This document shows, piece after piece, positions 26,977-35,361 of a stretch of 37,505 bases of DNA. Position 1 is the first letter of the stretch, and every line of letters starts with the position of its first letter. The notes under the pieces were generated by a model. It made no database searches, was not told the origin of the DNA, and saw only the letters and a list, made by a program, of their open reading frames with translations. The DNA is from a virus (lineage: Duplodnaviria; Caudoviricetes), in the IMG/VR virus record IMGVR_UViG_3300013767_000208, positions 1 to 37,505 of that record. One strand, 5' to 3'. A program made the translations under genes and the position numbers.

Positions 26977-27094
26977 GGTGTCACTGGGGTAGGGAGGCGG
27001 TGGACGGGGCAACCGGTTGGGTCTGCCGGCCGCTTGGCCGGGCGTGCCGCTGGGGTGCCCCGTGCCGCCTGATGCGCGGGGTCCACGCTCGGTG

Positions 27095-27817
27095 TCAGCC
27101 CTTGCCGTCGCCCTCCTCGGCGCCGGCGGGGGCAGCGTTCTTGATCTCGCGCTCGAGGCGCTCGATGTCCTTTTTCACGCCGACCTGGTCGTGCAGCTCC
27201 AAGGCGCGGCGCAGGTGCCGCAGTGCGCTCTCGCGCATGGCCTGCTGCCACTCCGGTGGGGTGTCGGCCACGGCAGCGGTAGCGACATAGCCGATGGCCT
27301 TGTGGAGCTTTGCCCGTACCTCGTCCGGCATGTCCTGGTCGGCGACCAGTTCGGCAACCTCGCGGAGGGCATCGGCGTCGACGGCCTGGCCGGCCTGCAC
27401 GGTCTTGATCGCCATGGCCGCGTACTCCTCGGCGATCAGGCAGGCCGTGGTGCGCTTGTAGGCGTCCGGCATGACCAGGCCGTGCTCGATGGCGTATGCG
27501 GCCAGGGGCAGGGCGGCGGCGAATTCGCCCACGTCGATGTGCCAGACCATGACCGTCATGAAGACTTCGTCCTGCAAGCCGGCACCGGATGCCAGCACGC
27601 CTTCCACCCAGGCGGCATAGGCCGGCAGCATCGAGCGCTTGGCCTCCGCCTTGCGCTCGATGGACTGGATCAGCTTGAGCTGCCGCTTGTGATCGGCGAG
27701 CTGCGCCAGCATCAGCTCGTGGCCGGTGGCATGGCGCAGCGGGTCGGCGGCTTCGGCCTCCGCCGCCCGGCGTGCCGCGGTGGCGCGCAGGAAGTGGTTG
27801 CGGGCCGGGCTGGTCAT
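27095..27817 (-). CDS. gpM: Terminase small (endonuclease) subunit M
   Basis: MTSPARNH...LKLIQSIERKAEAKR..LP.Y..WVEGVL...DMPDEVRAKLHKAIG...GVKKDIERLER. Confidence 0.93.
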   Translation of the reverse strand: MTSPARNHFLRATAARRAAEAEAADPLRHATGHELMLAQLADHKRQLKLIQSIERKAEAKRSMLPAYAAWVEGVLASGAGLQDEVFMTVMVWHIDVGEFAAALPLAAYAIEHGLVMPDAYKRTTACLIAEEYAAMAIKTVQAGQAVDADALREVAELVADQDMPDEVRAKLHKAIGYVATAAVADTPPEWQQAMRESALRHLRRALELHDQVGVKKDIERLEREIKNAAPAGAEEGDGKG

Positions 27818-28839
27818 TCCAGGACCACCTCGATGTTCTCGGCCATCGCGGCGCATTCCAGGTCTTCCACCACGTAGGCGTCGTTGCTGGACTCGTAGTT
27901 CTCGATGCGGTCGCGGCTCGCTTTGTCCACGATGGTGCGGCGGCGCGCGCTCTCCTGCCAGTAGATGGAGAGGTTGTCCAGGCGCGTCACCAGCAGCGCC
28001 TTGGGCGGCACGTAGGGAACGCGGACGGCCGGCAGGTTGCCGATGCGCTTCTGGCTGATGATGAGGTCGGCCGCCAGCTTCTGCGTGGGGTCGCGGTCCT
28101 TGTTCAGCAGCGGGAAGTACTTGTCCGCCAGCAACTGGCGGCCGCAGATCACCACCAGCTCGGGATCTTCCGCGTACCAGGGCGCGATCATCTGGTTGAC
28201 CAGGTCGAACACCAGCGCGTCCAGGCTGGCGTAGTCGCGCGCGGCGTCTGTGTCCTTGCCGCCCACCACGATCTTGTCGGCCGCCTTGCCGCGCGTCATG
28301 ACGCGCTCGGGTGCTTCCTCGCGCAGGTGCTGCAGCCAGCCCTTGTTCACGTCCTGGCGCAGCGGATACTTGGCCGGGTCCGAGGTGGCCACGCGCTCCA
28401 CGCCGTGGAAGCCGATCATGATCCGGTCCAGCGCCTGGCGGCGCAGGATGGCATCGCGGATGCGGGTCTGGAAGTCGGGGAACTTGGCCCAGGCATCCAG
28501 CCGCTGGTAGGTGATGTGCGTGTCCGAGTTGGTCTGTTCGCAGCGGTAGCGGAGGCCGTCCAGCGTGGCGATGTCGCTGGTCTTGCGCTCCTGCTTGGTG
28601 GTATCGGTGCTGCTGGCCACCGGGCCGGAGACGCCCAGGCCGATCTTCTCGCCTTCCTGCTCCACCACGCCGTGAATGTTGATGCGGCTCAGGAACTCGC
28701 TCGATTCCTGCATGCGGGTCTCCAGCCGCTGCTGAACGCTGGGCTGAACGTTGAACTTCCTGTCGACGCGGTCCACGCCGTTCAGTTTGGCGATGGCGGC
28801 CTCGTATGCCGTGAAGAGTCGGCGGGTATCGTTGCGCAT
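27814..28839 (-). CDS. gpN: Major capsid protein, P2 family
   Basis: MRNDTRRLF...FNVQPSVQQRLE...LDAWAKFPDFQ...QDVNKGWLQ...YESSNDAYVVED. Confidence 0.96.
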   Translation of the reverse strand: MRNDTRRLFTAYEAAIAKLNGVDRVDRKFNVQPSVQQRLETRMQESSEFLSRINIHGVVEQEGEKIGLGVSGPVASSTDTTKQERKTSDIATLDGLRYRCEQTNSDTHITYQRLDAWAKFPDFQTRIRDAILRRQALDRIMIGFHGVERVATSDPAKYPLRQDVNKGWLQHLREEAPERVMTRGKAADKIVVGGKDTDAARDYASLDALVFDLVNQMIAPWYAEDPELVVICGRQLLADKYFPLLNKDRDPTQKLAADLIISQKRIGNLPAVRVPYVPPKALLVTRLDNLSIYWQESARRRTIVDKASRDRIENYESSNDAYVVEDLECAAMAENIEVVLE

Positions 28840-28886
28840 TGAGGTGGCTCCAGGGATGGGTTGGGTGCGGCTGTCCGAGGGGCGGC

Positions 28887-29738
28887 TCAGCAGTCGGTTT
28901 CGGCGTCGGCGCCAGCGCCGCTATTGCCGCCGGTGGCGGGCAGGCGGCGGGCGTAGGTCTCGGTCTTCTCCAGGTCGGCCTTGAGTTGGGCGAACGCTTC
29001 CTGGCCTGTCGTCTGGTCCTTCTGGAGCTGGTCCACGGCAGTAGCCACGCTCTCGGTCACCGTCATGAGCTTGGTGAAGCTCTCAGTCAGATCTCTGACC
29101 TTCTCGCCCAGCAGCTTGATGGCCTCACCGGCGTCGGCATGTTGGGCGGCGTTGCCTGCCTCGGCCTTCGTCTGGCGGGAGAACAGGCGCTTCAGGGAGT
29201 CGGCCAGGCCGCCGCCGGCGGCGGGCGGCTCGGCCTCGGTGGAGAAGTCGAAGGACACCTCGATGGCTTCGGTGAAGACGTTGTCAGGGTCTTGCTTGCG
29301 CGAGGCCAGCGGGCTGGCCTTGCTGTTCGCGCTGAACTGCAGCATCTCGCAGCCCAGGCTGGCCGGGTTGTCGGTGACAGCGAGGCCCACCAGATAGGCC
29401 TCGCCGCTGTCGGCGAAGTCGGGGTCGACTTCCATCGAGCAGTAGACCTTCTGCTTGGCCTTGGTGAATCCGACCAGGTCGTCAGTGGGATCAAGCTGCG
29501 CGAGGAGGCGCATCTTGCCGCCTTGCTCCTCCGCCTTCAGCGCCACCACGTCGCCATAGGCCTTGAACGGGCCGTCCGGAATGATGCCGCGGATGTGCTC
29601 CAGGTTGATGCGCGCGCCGTAGGTGTTGGGATCGTAGCTGGATGCCATCTGCACCAGCATCTCGCGGTCGATCGTGCGGCCGTCGCTGGTCGCGCCTTCG
29701 GTGGCGATGCGGAAAAACTTCGGGGTCTTGACGGCCAT
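28887..29738 (-). CDS. gpO: Capsid scaffolding/protease protein O
   Basis: FFRIATEGATSDGRTI...YGARINLEH...YLVGLAVTDNPASLG. Confidence 0.95.
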   Translation of the reverse strand: MAVKTPKFFRIATEGATSDGRTIDREMLVQMASSYDPNTYGARINLEHIRGIIPDGPFKAYGDVVALKAEEQGGKMRLLAQLDPTDDLVGFTKAKQKVYCSMEVDPDFADSGEAYLVGLAVTDNPASLGCEMLQFSANSKASPLASRKQDPDNVFTEAIEVSFDFSTEAEPPAAGGGLADSLKRLFSRQTKAEAGNAAQHADAGEAIKLLGEKVRDLTESFTKLMTVTESVATAVDQLQKDQTTGQEAFAQLKADLEKTETYARRLPATGGNSGAGADAETDC

Positions 29739-29814
29739 GGGGTTCCTCGCGTGGGCGGTGATTCGTTCGTGTTGGCATCTTGGGCGGCGAGCCCCCGCGC
29801 GGGCAACGGCGGGG

Positions 29815-29839
29815 TGTTGTGGCCTGCGGCGCTACAACA
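29815..29839. promoter_or_regulatory. Late promoter activator (Ogr) dyad between divergent O and P
   Basis: TGTTGT-N13-ACAACA. Confidence 0.8.
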
Positions 29840-29882
29840 CGCGCGGGGTGGCACGCGCGCGCGCGGACGGTAGCGTGGCGCC

Positions 29883-31664
29883 ATGTCTACGCTTCCACCG
29901 ATTGCCTCGCTTGCGATTGACCCTGAGATGGAGCCGCGCCGTGTTGCGCGGCTTCTGTACTGGCAGGGCTACCGGGTCGCCCGCATTGCCGAGATGCTCG
30001 GCGTCAAGCCCGCGACCATCCATAGCTGGAAACGGCGCGAGCGTTGGTCGGAAGCCGATGCAGTGGAGCGCATCGGCACGAGCATCGAGGCGCGCCTCGC
30101 ACGCCTGGTTAGCAAGGAGGTGAAAGAGGGGAAGGACTACAAGGAAATCGACCTGCTAGGCCGGCAGATCGAGCGGCTGGCGCGCGTGCGCCGGTACGAA
30201 GGCAGCGGCAACGAGGCGGACCTGAACCCCAAGGTGGCCAACCGCAACAAGGGGCCGCGCAAGAAGCCGGAGCGCAACGCGATCAGCGACGACGAGCAGC
30301 GGCAACTGGTTGACGCCTTCGTGGATTCGATGTTCGATTACCAGCGCGGCTGGTACGAAGCCGGCCTGGTCGAGCGCATCCGCAACATTCTCAAGAGCCG
30401 GCAGATCGGTGCCACCTGGTACTTCGCGCGTGAGGCCTTCATCGATGCGCTGACGACTGGGCGCAACCAGATCTTCCTGTCGGCCAGCAAGGCGCAGGCC
30501 CACGTCTTCAAGCAGTACATCATCCAGTTTGCGAAGGACGCCGCCGGCGTGGAGCTGAAGGGCGATCCGATCGTGCTGCCCAACGGTGCCACGCTCTACT
30601 TCCTCGGTACCAATGCGCGCACGGCTCAGAGCTACCACGGCAACCTCTACCTGGACGAGTACTTCTGGATCCAGCGCTTCCAGGAACTGCGCAAGGTGGC
30701 CTCCGGCATGGCCATCCATGCGAAGTGGCGGCAGACCTATTTCTCCACGCCGTCGAGCCTGGCGCATGAGGCCTACCCGTTCTGGTCGGGCGCGCTGTTC
30801 AACCGCGGGCGGAAGAAGGAGCAGCGCGTCCAGGTAGACACCAGCCACGCGGTGCTGCGCGACGGCCGGCGCTGCGCCGACGGCCAGTGGCGCCAGATCG
30901 TGACCGTCGAAGACGCGGTGCGCGGCGGCTGCAACCTGTTCGACCTGGAGCAGCTGCGCCGCGAGTACAGCGACGCGGACTTCGAAAACCTGCTCATGTG
31001 CGGCTTCATCGATGACACGGCATCGGTGTTCCCGCTGTCGATGCTGCTGCGCTGCATGGTCGATAGCTGGGAGGTGTGGGAGGACTTCCGGCACTGGTCG
31101 CCGCGGCCGTTCGGCAACCGCGAAGTGTGGGTCGGCTACGACCCAAACGGTGGGGGAGGGGACAGCGCCGCCCTGGTCGTCGTCGCGCCGCCGCTGGTGC
31201 CCGGAGGCAAGTTCCGCGTGCTGGAGAAGCACCAGTTCCGCGGCATCGACTACGAAGAGCAGGCCGGCGCCATCCTTAAGGTGTGCGAGCGCTACAACGT
31301 CTCTTACATCGGCATCGACCGCACCGGCGTGGGCGACGCCGTCTACAAGGTGGTGTTCAAGTCGCGGCCGGATGTGCAGGGTTTTACCTACTCAGTCGAT
31401 GTGAAGACCGGCCTGGTGCTCAAGGCTACCGACGTCATCAGCAAGGGCCGGCTGGAGTTTGACGCCGGCTGGACGGACTTTGCTGCGTCCTTCATGTCGA
31501 TCCGCAAGACCACTACCGCCGCCGGCGGCCGCGTGACGTACCAGGCCGGGCGGTCGGAGGAAACAAGCCACGCTGACCTGGCTTGGGCCTGCATGCACGC
31601 CCTAGCGCACGAGCCACTGGAGGGCGTGACGACCACCAACACCAGCATCATGGAGTTCTCATGA
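29883..31664 (+). CDS. gpP: Terminase large (ATPase) subunit P
   Basis: LLYWQGY...RNILKSRQIGATWYFAREA...LYLDEYFW...YFSTPS...HADLAWA. Confidence 0.96.
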   Translation: MSTLPPIASLAIDPEMEPRRVARLLYWQGYRVARIAEMLGVKPATIHSWKRRERWSEADAVERIGTSIEARLARLVSKEVKEGKDYKEIDLLGRQIERLARVRRYEGSGNEADLNPKVANRNKGPRKKPERNAISDDEQRQLVDAFVDSMFDYQRGWYEAGLVERIRNILKSRQIGATWYFAREAFIDALTTGRNQIFLSASKAQAHVFKQYIIQFAKDAAGVELKGDPIVLPNGATLYFLGTNARTAQSYHGNLYLDEYFWIQRFQELRKVASGMAIHAKWRQTYFSTPSSLAHEAYPFWSGALFNRGRKKEQRVQVDTSHAVLRDGRRCADGQWRQIVTVEDAVRGGCNLFDLEQLRREYSDADFENLLMCGFIDDTASVFPLSMLLRCMVDSWEVWEDFRHWSPRPFGNREVWVGYDPNGGGGDSAALVVVAPPLVPGGKFRVLEKHQFRGIDYEEQAGAILKVCERYNVSYIGIDRTGVGDAVYKVVFKSRPDVQGFTYSVDVKTGLVLKATDVISKGRLEFDAGWTDFAASFMSIRKTTTAAGGRVTYQAGRSEETSHADLAWACMHALAHEPLEGVTTTNTSIMEFS

Positions 31665-32698
31665 CCCGCAAGAAATCGCGCCGCGGCGCGCCCGCTTTTA
31701 CGTCTGCTGCCGCCCCCGTTGCGCCGACGCCGGCCGCGTCCGTCGAGGCATTCACCTTTGGCGAGCCAGTCGCCGTGCTCGATCGGCGCGAACTGCTCGA
31801 CTATGTGGAGTGCATGCAGATGGGCGACTGGTACGAACCGCCGCTGCCCTGGGACGGTCTCGCGCGCAGCTTCCGCGCGGCCGTGCACAACAGCTCGCCG
31901 ATCTATGTGAAGCGCAACATCCTGGTGTCCACCTTCATTCCGCACAAGCTGCTGTCGCGCTCGGCCTTCGCTCGCTGGGTGATGGACTTCCTGGTGTTCG
32001 GCAATGGCTACCTGGAGCGGCGCGACAACGCGCTCGGCAGGCCGGTGGCACTGGAGCCAGCCCTGGCGAAATACATGCGGCGCGGCACGGATATGAGCAG
32101 CTACTTCTTCGTCCAGAACTGGCAGGACAAGCACAAATTCAAGGACGGTAGCATCTTTCACCTGATGGAGCCGGATATCAACCAGGAGGTGTATGGGCTG
32201 CCCGAGTACCTATCCGCGCTCAATGCGACTTGGCTCAACGAGTCAGCCACACTCTTCCGGCGGCGCTACTACCTCAATGGCAGCCATGCCGGCTTCATCC
32301 TATACATGACCGATGCCGCGCAGAAGCAGGAGGACGTCGACAACTTGCGGGAGGCGCTGAAGAACAGCAAGGGGCCGGGCAACTTCCGCAACCTGTTCAT
32401 GTACGCGCCCAACGGCAGGAAGGACGGCATCCAGCTACTGCCGGTATCCGAGGTGGCGGCCAAGGACGAGTTCTGGAACATCAAGAACGTGACGCGCGAC
32501 GACCAGCTTGCCGCCCACCGCGTGCCGCCGCAACTGATGGGCATTATCCCCAGCAACACTGGTGGCTTTGGCGATGTGGAAAAGGCTGCCAGGGTGTTTG
32601 CTTGCAATGAGATTGGACCGCTTCAGGAGCGGCTGACGGAGGTCAACGCCTGGATTGGGATAGATGTTATCCGATTTACTTCCTATGCACTCGCATAA
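31661..32698 (+). CDS. gpQ: Portal protein Q
   Basis: ATG 31661; EAFTFGEP...WYEPP...HNSSPIYVKRNIL...QEVYGLPEYL...AHRVPPQLMG. Confidence 0.96.
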   Translation: MTRKKSRRGAPAFTSAAAPVAPTPAASVEAFTFGEPVAVLDRRELLDYVECMQMGDWYEPPLPWDGLARSFRAAVHNSSPIYVKRNILVSTFIPHKLLSRSAFARWVMDFLVFGNGYLERRDNALGRPVALEPALAKYMRRGTDMSSYFFVQNWQDKHKFKDGSIFHLMEPDINQEVYGLPEYLSALNATWLNESATLFRRRYYLNGSHAGFILYMTDAAQKQEDVDNLREALKNSKGPGNFRNLFMYAPNGRKDGIQLLPVSEVAAKDEFWNIKNVTRDDQLAAHRVPPQLMGIIPSNTGGFGDVEKAARVFACNEIGPLQERLTEVNAWIGIDVIRFTSYALA

Positions 32699-32723
32699 TC
32701 ACGTGCGCCTAGATTTGAGTGGC

Positions 32724-34145
32724 TCAATTAATGGTTGATGGCGGGTTCTCTGTAATATTGAAATGATACGTAAAGGCGCCATTGGTAATTGAGCCAACGA
32801 GTACGTTCGGGATATTTACTAAGGGGCCTTTCTCACGAATTTTCGCTTGCAAGACTTCCTTGTAGAGGTCAGTCTCTATGTTGTCTCCATGGAACGCAAA
32901 GACACAATAGGGTTTCTGTTCCTTTCCAGTCTCGTTTACAGGCGGGCGAGAATATAAAAAGGCGAGATTGGCGGACTCTGTGATCATTTTCGGGATGTCG
33001 GCCAGTGTGGTTCCGCCAACAACATGCACTATCGCTACGAAATCAGTTCTCTCAAAGGTAAGAGTTTGCGGGCCAATTCTGGTTGTAACTTCTTTCGTAT
33101 CATTTACGATCCACTTCTCAACCGCGTCGATAGCGGCAGAGGACGCAATACTGAAGGATGAGGGACTCGTTTGAAAGCGAGCGTGAGCTGCTTTGCTCCA
33201 TGATTGGACGTCCTGTTGATGCGAACGCTCTTTGGCCACCTGTTTTACATCAGCGACAGATTTGTCTTCGATTTTGGCATCCAGATAAGTACGGGCCAGT
33301 TGGAGAAAATTATCCGACGTGTATAGCCAGAATGGTTTGCCTGGAACAGTCCTGCGCATTTCGCGTAGGAGGGCAGGGTGGGGCCCAAGCGTTTTTCCAC
33401 TCTCCCGCCACCACCAATCGTCCTTCCGGTCTGAGGTAATAAGCAGGATGGAGTTGAAGTCGGGCGCCTTAGCCAGCAGCTGGCGCCAAATGATGAGATC
33501 ACCGTAGGCCCGAGAATAGCGTAGGCCATCGAAGCGGAATTCCGCATCATTTGGATTCTTTGCCTTGTCCGCGTCCTTAAAGCCCGGTGGAATTTTGTCC
33601 TTGTAACGCTGTTCTCCCTCCGCACACAGACTATCGACTTCGGCCTGCGTATTGGGGCCAAGTCCGACACGACCGTCAAATAGAGCATCAAGCTCGGTCC
33701 GTATGGGGTCGTCAGCAGATATATCCAGCTGCGCACCATGGGCCTTTGATACAGCTTCGGCGATTTTCGCGCTGGCTTCGTCGAGCTCCATGAGTAGCGC
33801 TTCTGCGTCGATACCCAGGCTGCGCTTGTCCAGTTCGAGCTGTTCAATACTCCTACGAATAGCCAGGACCTTCTGTTTGGTCTCGCTGAGCGTGTTCTCT
33901 ACAGCCTTTCGCCCGTCAGATATCACGTCCATCCGCTTGAGTTGGAACTCGAGTGCTACGTGATAGGGAATCCACAGCCTGTCCTTGACTTGTTGTAATA
34001 CAGACAGGAAATCTCGACGCGCCGTCTCCGGGAGCCTGTACAAGTCGAGAAGGACATTCGTGTCCAGAACGACGGTCGCATTCTTCCAGAGGGTTCCATA
34101 TTCATCCGGTGAGGGAGGGTAGTAGCCGTAGAACTCGTTTTTCAT
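32724..34145 (-). CDS. PIN-like domain protein (DUF4935/PIN_8-type) moron, candidate anti-phage RNase
   Basis: VVLDTNVLLDLYR, LWIPYHVALEF, IPPGFKD, YGDLIIWRQLL, LITSDRKDDWW. Lower GC and opposite strand to Q. ATG 34145 chosen over GTG 34163. Confidence 0.85.
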   Translation of the reverse strand: MKNEFYGYYPPSPDEYGTLWKNATVVLDTNVLLDLYRLPETARRDFLSVLQQVKDRLWIPYHVALEFQLKRMDVISDGRKAVENTLSETKQKVLAIRRSIEQLELDKRSLGIDAEALLMELDEASAKIAEAVSKAHGAQLDISADDPIRTELDALFDGRVGLGPNTQAEVDSLCAEGEQRYKDKIPPGFKDADKAKNPNDAEFRFDGLRYSRAYGDLIIWRQLLAKAPDFNSILLITSDRKDDWWWRESGKTLGPHPALLREMRRTVPGKPFWLYTSDNFLQLARTYLDAKIEDKSVADVKQVAKERSHQQDVQSWSKAAHARFQTSPSSFSIASSAAIDAVEKWIVNDTKEVTTRIGPQTLTFERTDFVAIVHVVGGTTLADIPKMITESANLAFLYSRPPVNETGKEQKPYCVFAFHGDNIETDLYKEVLQAKIREKGPLVNIPNVLVGSITNGAFTYHFNITENPPSTIN

Positions 34146-34215
34146 CTTTGGTGTCCCTGACACAAGAGCGTTGATTAGACCACATACCGGGCCTGGCTAC
34201 CTACCTTGGCGCGCG

Positions 34216-34234
34216 GTTGAGACCCCGCCCCACC
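34216..34234 (-). other. Putative cos site (19-nt cohesive end, P2/186-like)
   Basis: Minus strand GGTGGGGCGGGGTCTCAAC resembles the P2 cohesive end GGCGAGGCGGGGAAAGCAC. The flank CCTGCCCGCTTCATCGAGTGGTTTCTATGCA resembles P2-family cos regions as I recall them. Confidence 0.7.
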
Positions 34235-34423
34235 TGCCCGCTTCATCGAGTGGTTTCTATGCAACTGCCGAGAACCCTGTAAACGGCGCCAATGCTGGGG
34301 CCGAGCGGTGCCCGAGGCCTCCGACTTCATGTGCATCTTTGTGCGCTGCGAGTCCTGATGGTGGCCAGCGGCGAGTGGTCGGCTCTTGGTGTCGTAACCA
34401 GCACATATAGGTCTGCATCAATT

Positions 34424-34753
34424 CTAGGGTTGGGGGAGGGGTCGGGGAAAACGTAACCCATCCCAAAATGGGGCGATTTCCAACATAAGTGATTGATTTA
34501 CATATAGATTTTCGGTTACAAAAAAGCGTAACTTCGCGTAACCCAAAACGTAACCTGCTGCTAAGTCATTGATTTTATTGGGTGTGGTATGTGGTGAAGG
34601 TTACATTCTTAGACTGTAACCGGTTACGCTCAGGTTACGTCAAGGTTACGTTTTCCTTGATTCCGACAATCCCTTGTGGCATAAGGCTTTGCGGGAGATT
34701 TTCCCTCCTTGGTTACGTTGGTTACGTTTTTCCCGATGCCCCGCCCACTTTAG
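34424..34753. repeat. Iteron-rich AT-rich element with imperfect inverted ends and two IHF sites; candidate replication origin
   Basis: 12 GTAAC/GTTAC copies inside the element plus one at 34394. WATCAANNNNTTR matches on the minus strand at 34486-34498 and 34562-34574. Confidence 0.7.
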
Positions 34754-34769
34754 CGGCCGCTCTCAGGTG

Positions 34770-34789
34770 TACTGGGTTTTTATACAGTA
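34770..34789. promoter_or_regulatory. LexA (SOS) box
   Basis: TACTG-GGTTTTTATA-CAGTA fits the CTG-N10-CAG consensus with TA flanks. Confidence 0.7.
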
Positions 34790-34837
34790 GTCGGGTCAAA
34801 CGTCCGCATGCGATCGAGACACTCAGGCCAATCCGCT

Positions 34838-35193
34838 TGGGCACGCTAAGCAGTCGGCGGCGAGCTCGGTGGCCAGCGGCACCTAGCCGGCCGAAACGCC
34901 GCTTCCCTGCGCCACTGACGGCGGCCGAGCTGCGGGCCATGTACGCGCGCAACCCATCGCCGGAGGTGCGGGCACTGCTGTGGGAGGTGGCGCGCCTTCG
35001 CAGACGGCTTCGACGCGCCGACCAGCTCCGCGTGCGTAGTGCAGGGCCCCACGATGGCGACCAAGCTTCTGCCGGCCATCCTGGCGGCGATTGGGCGGGA
35101 TTCGCTCTGGAGCCCTGCCTGCAGCAGGACGAGCCCGGCGGCTGGCATGCCGATGTGGACGAGGAACTCTTCAGGGGCGGGCCGGGTGGCTAG
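34838..35193 (+). pseudogene. Small hypothetical gene (LLWE.ARL motif), probably decayed; start uncertain
   Basis: FPAPLTAAELRAMYARNPSPEVRALLWEVARL...ADQL; the segment that best matches its paralog (PAILAAIGRD) is in a different frame from LEPCL. Confidence 0.5.
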
Positions 35194-35361
35194 CACAAGA
35201 AGGCTGCACATGGGTCACTGAGTTCGTTTGGGAAGAAGGGCCGGGCAAGTCCAGGAAGAGACGGTCGACATCTAGGGGTGAGCTAGCGACAATTCTGCGA
35301 TAATGCAGAAACCATCTAGCGTCGCGAGGCGACCGTACATAGTCAGACCAAGAGTGCGCCC

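Noticed and set aside
34582-34837. N-terminal part of the 203-aa ORF 34582-35193
   Set aside because: Runs through the iteron element and the SOS box; its VT/GY repeats are just translated GTTAC boxes.
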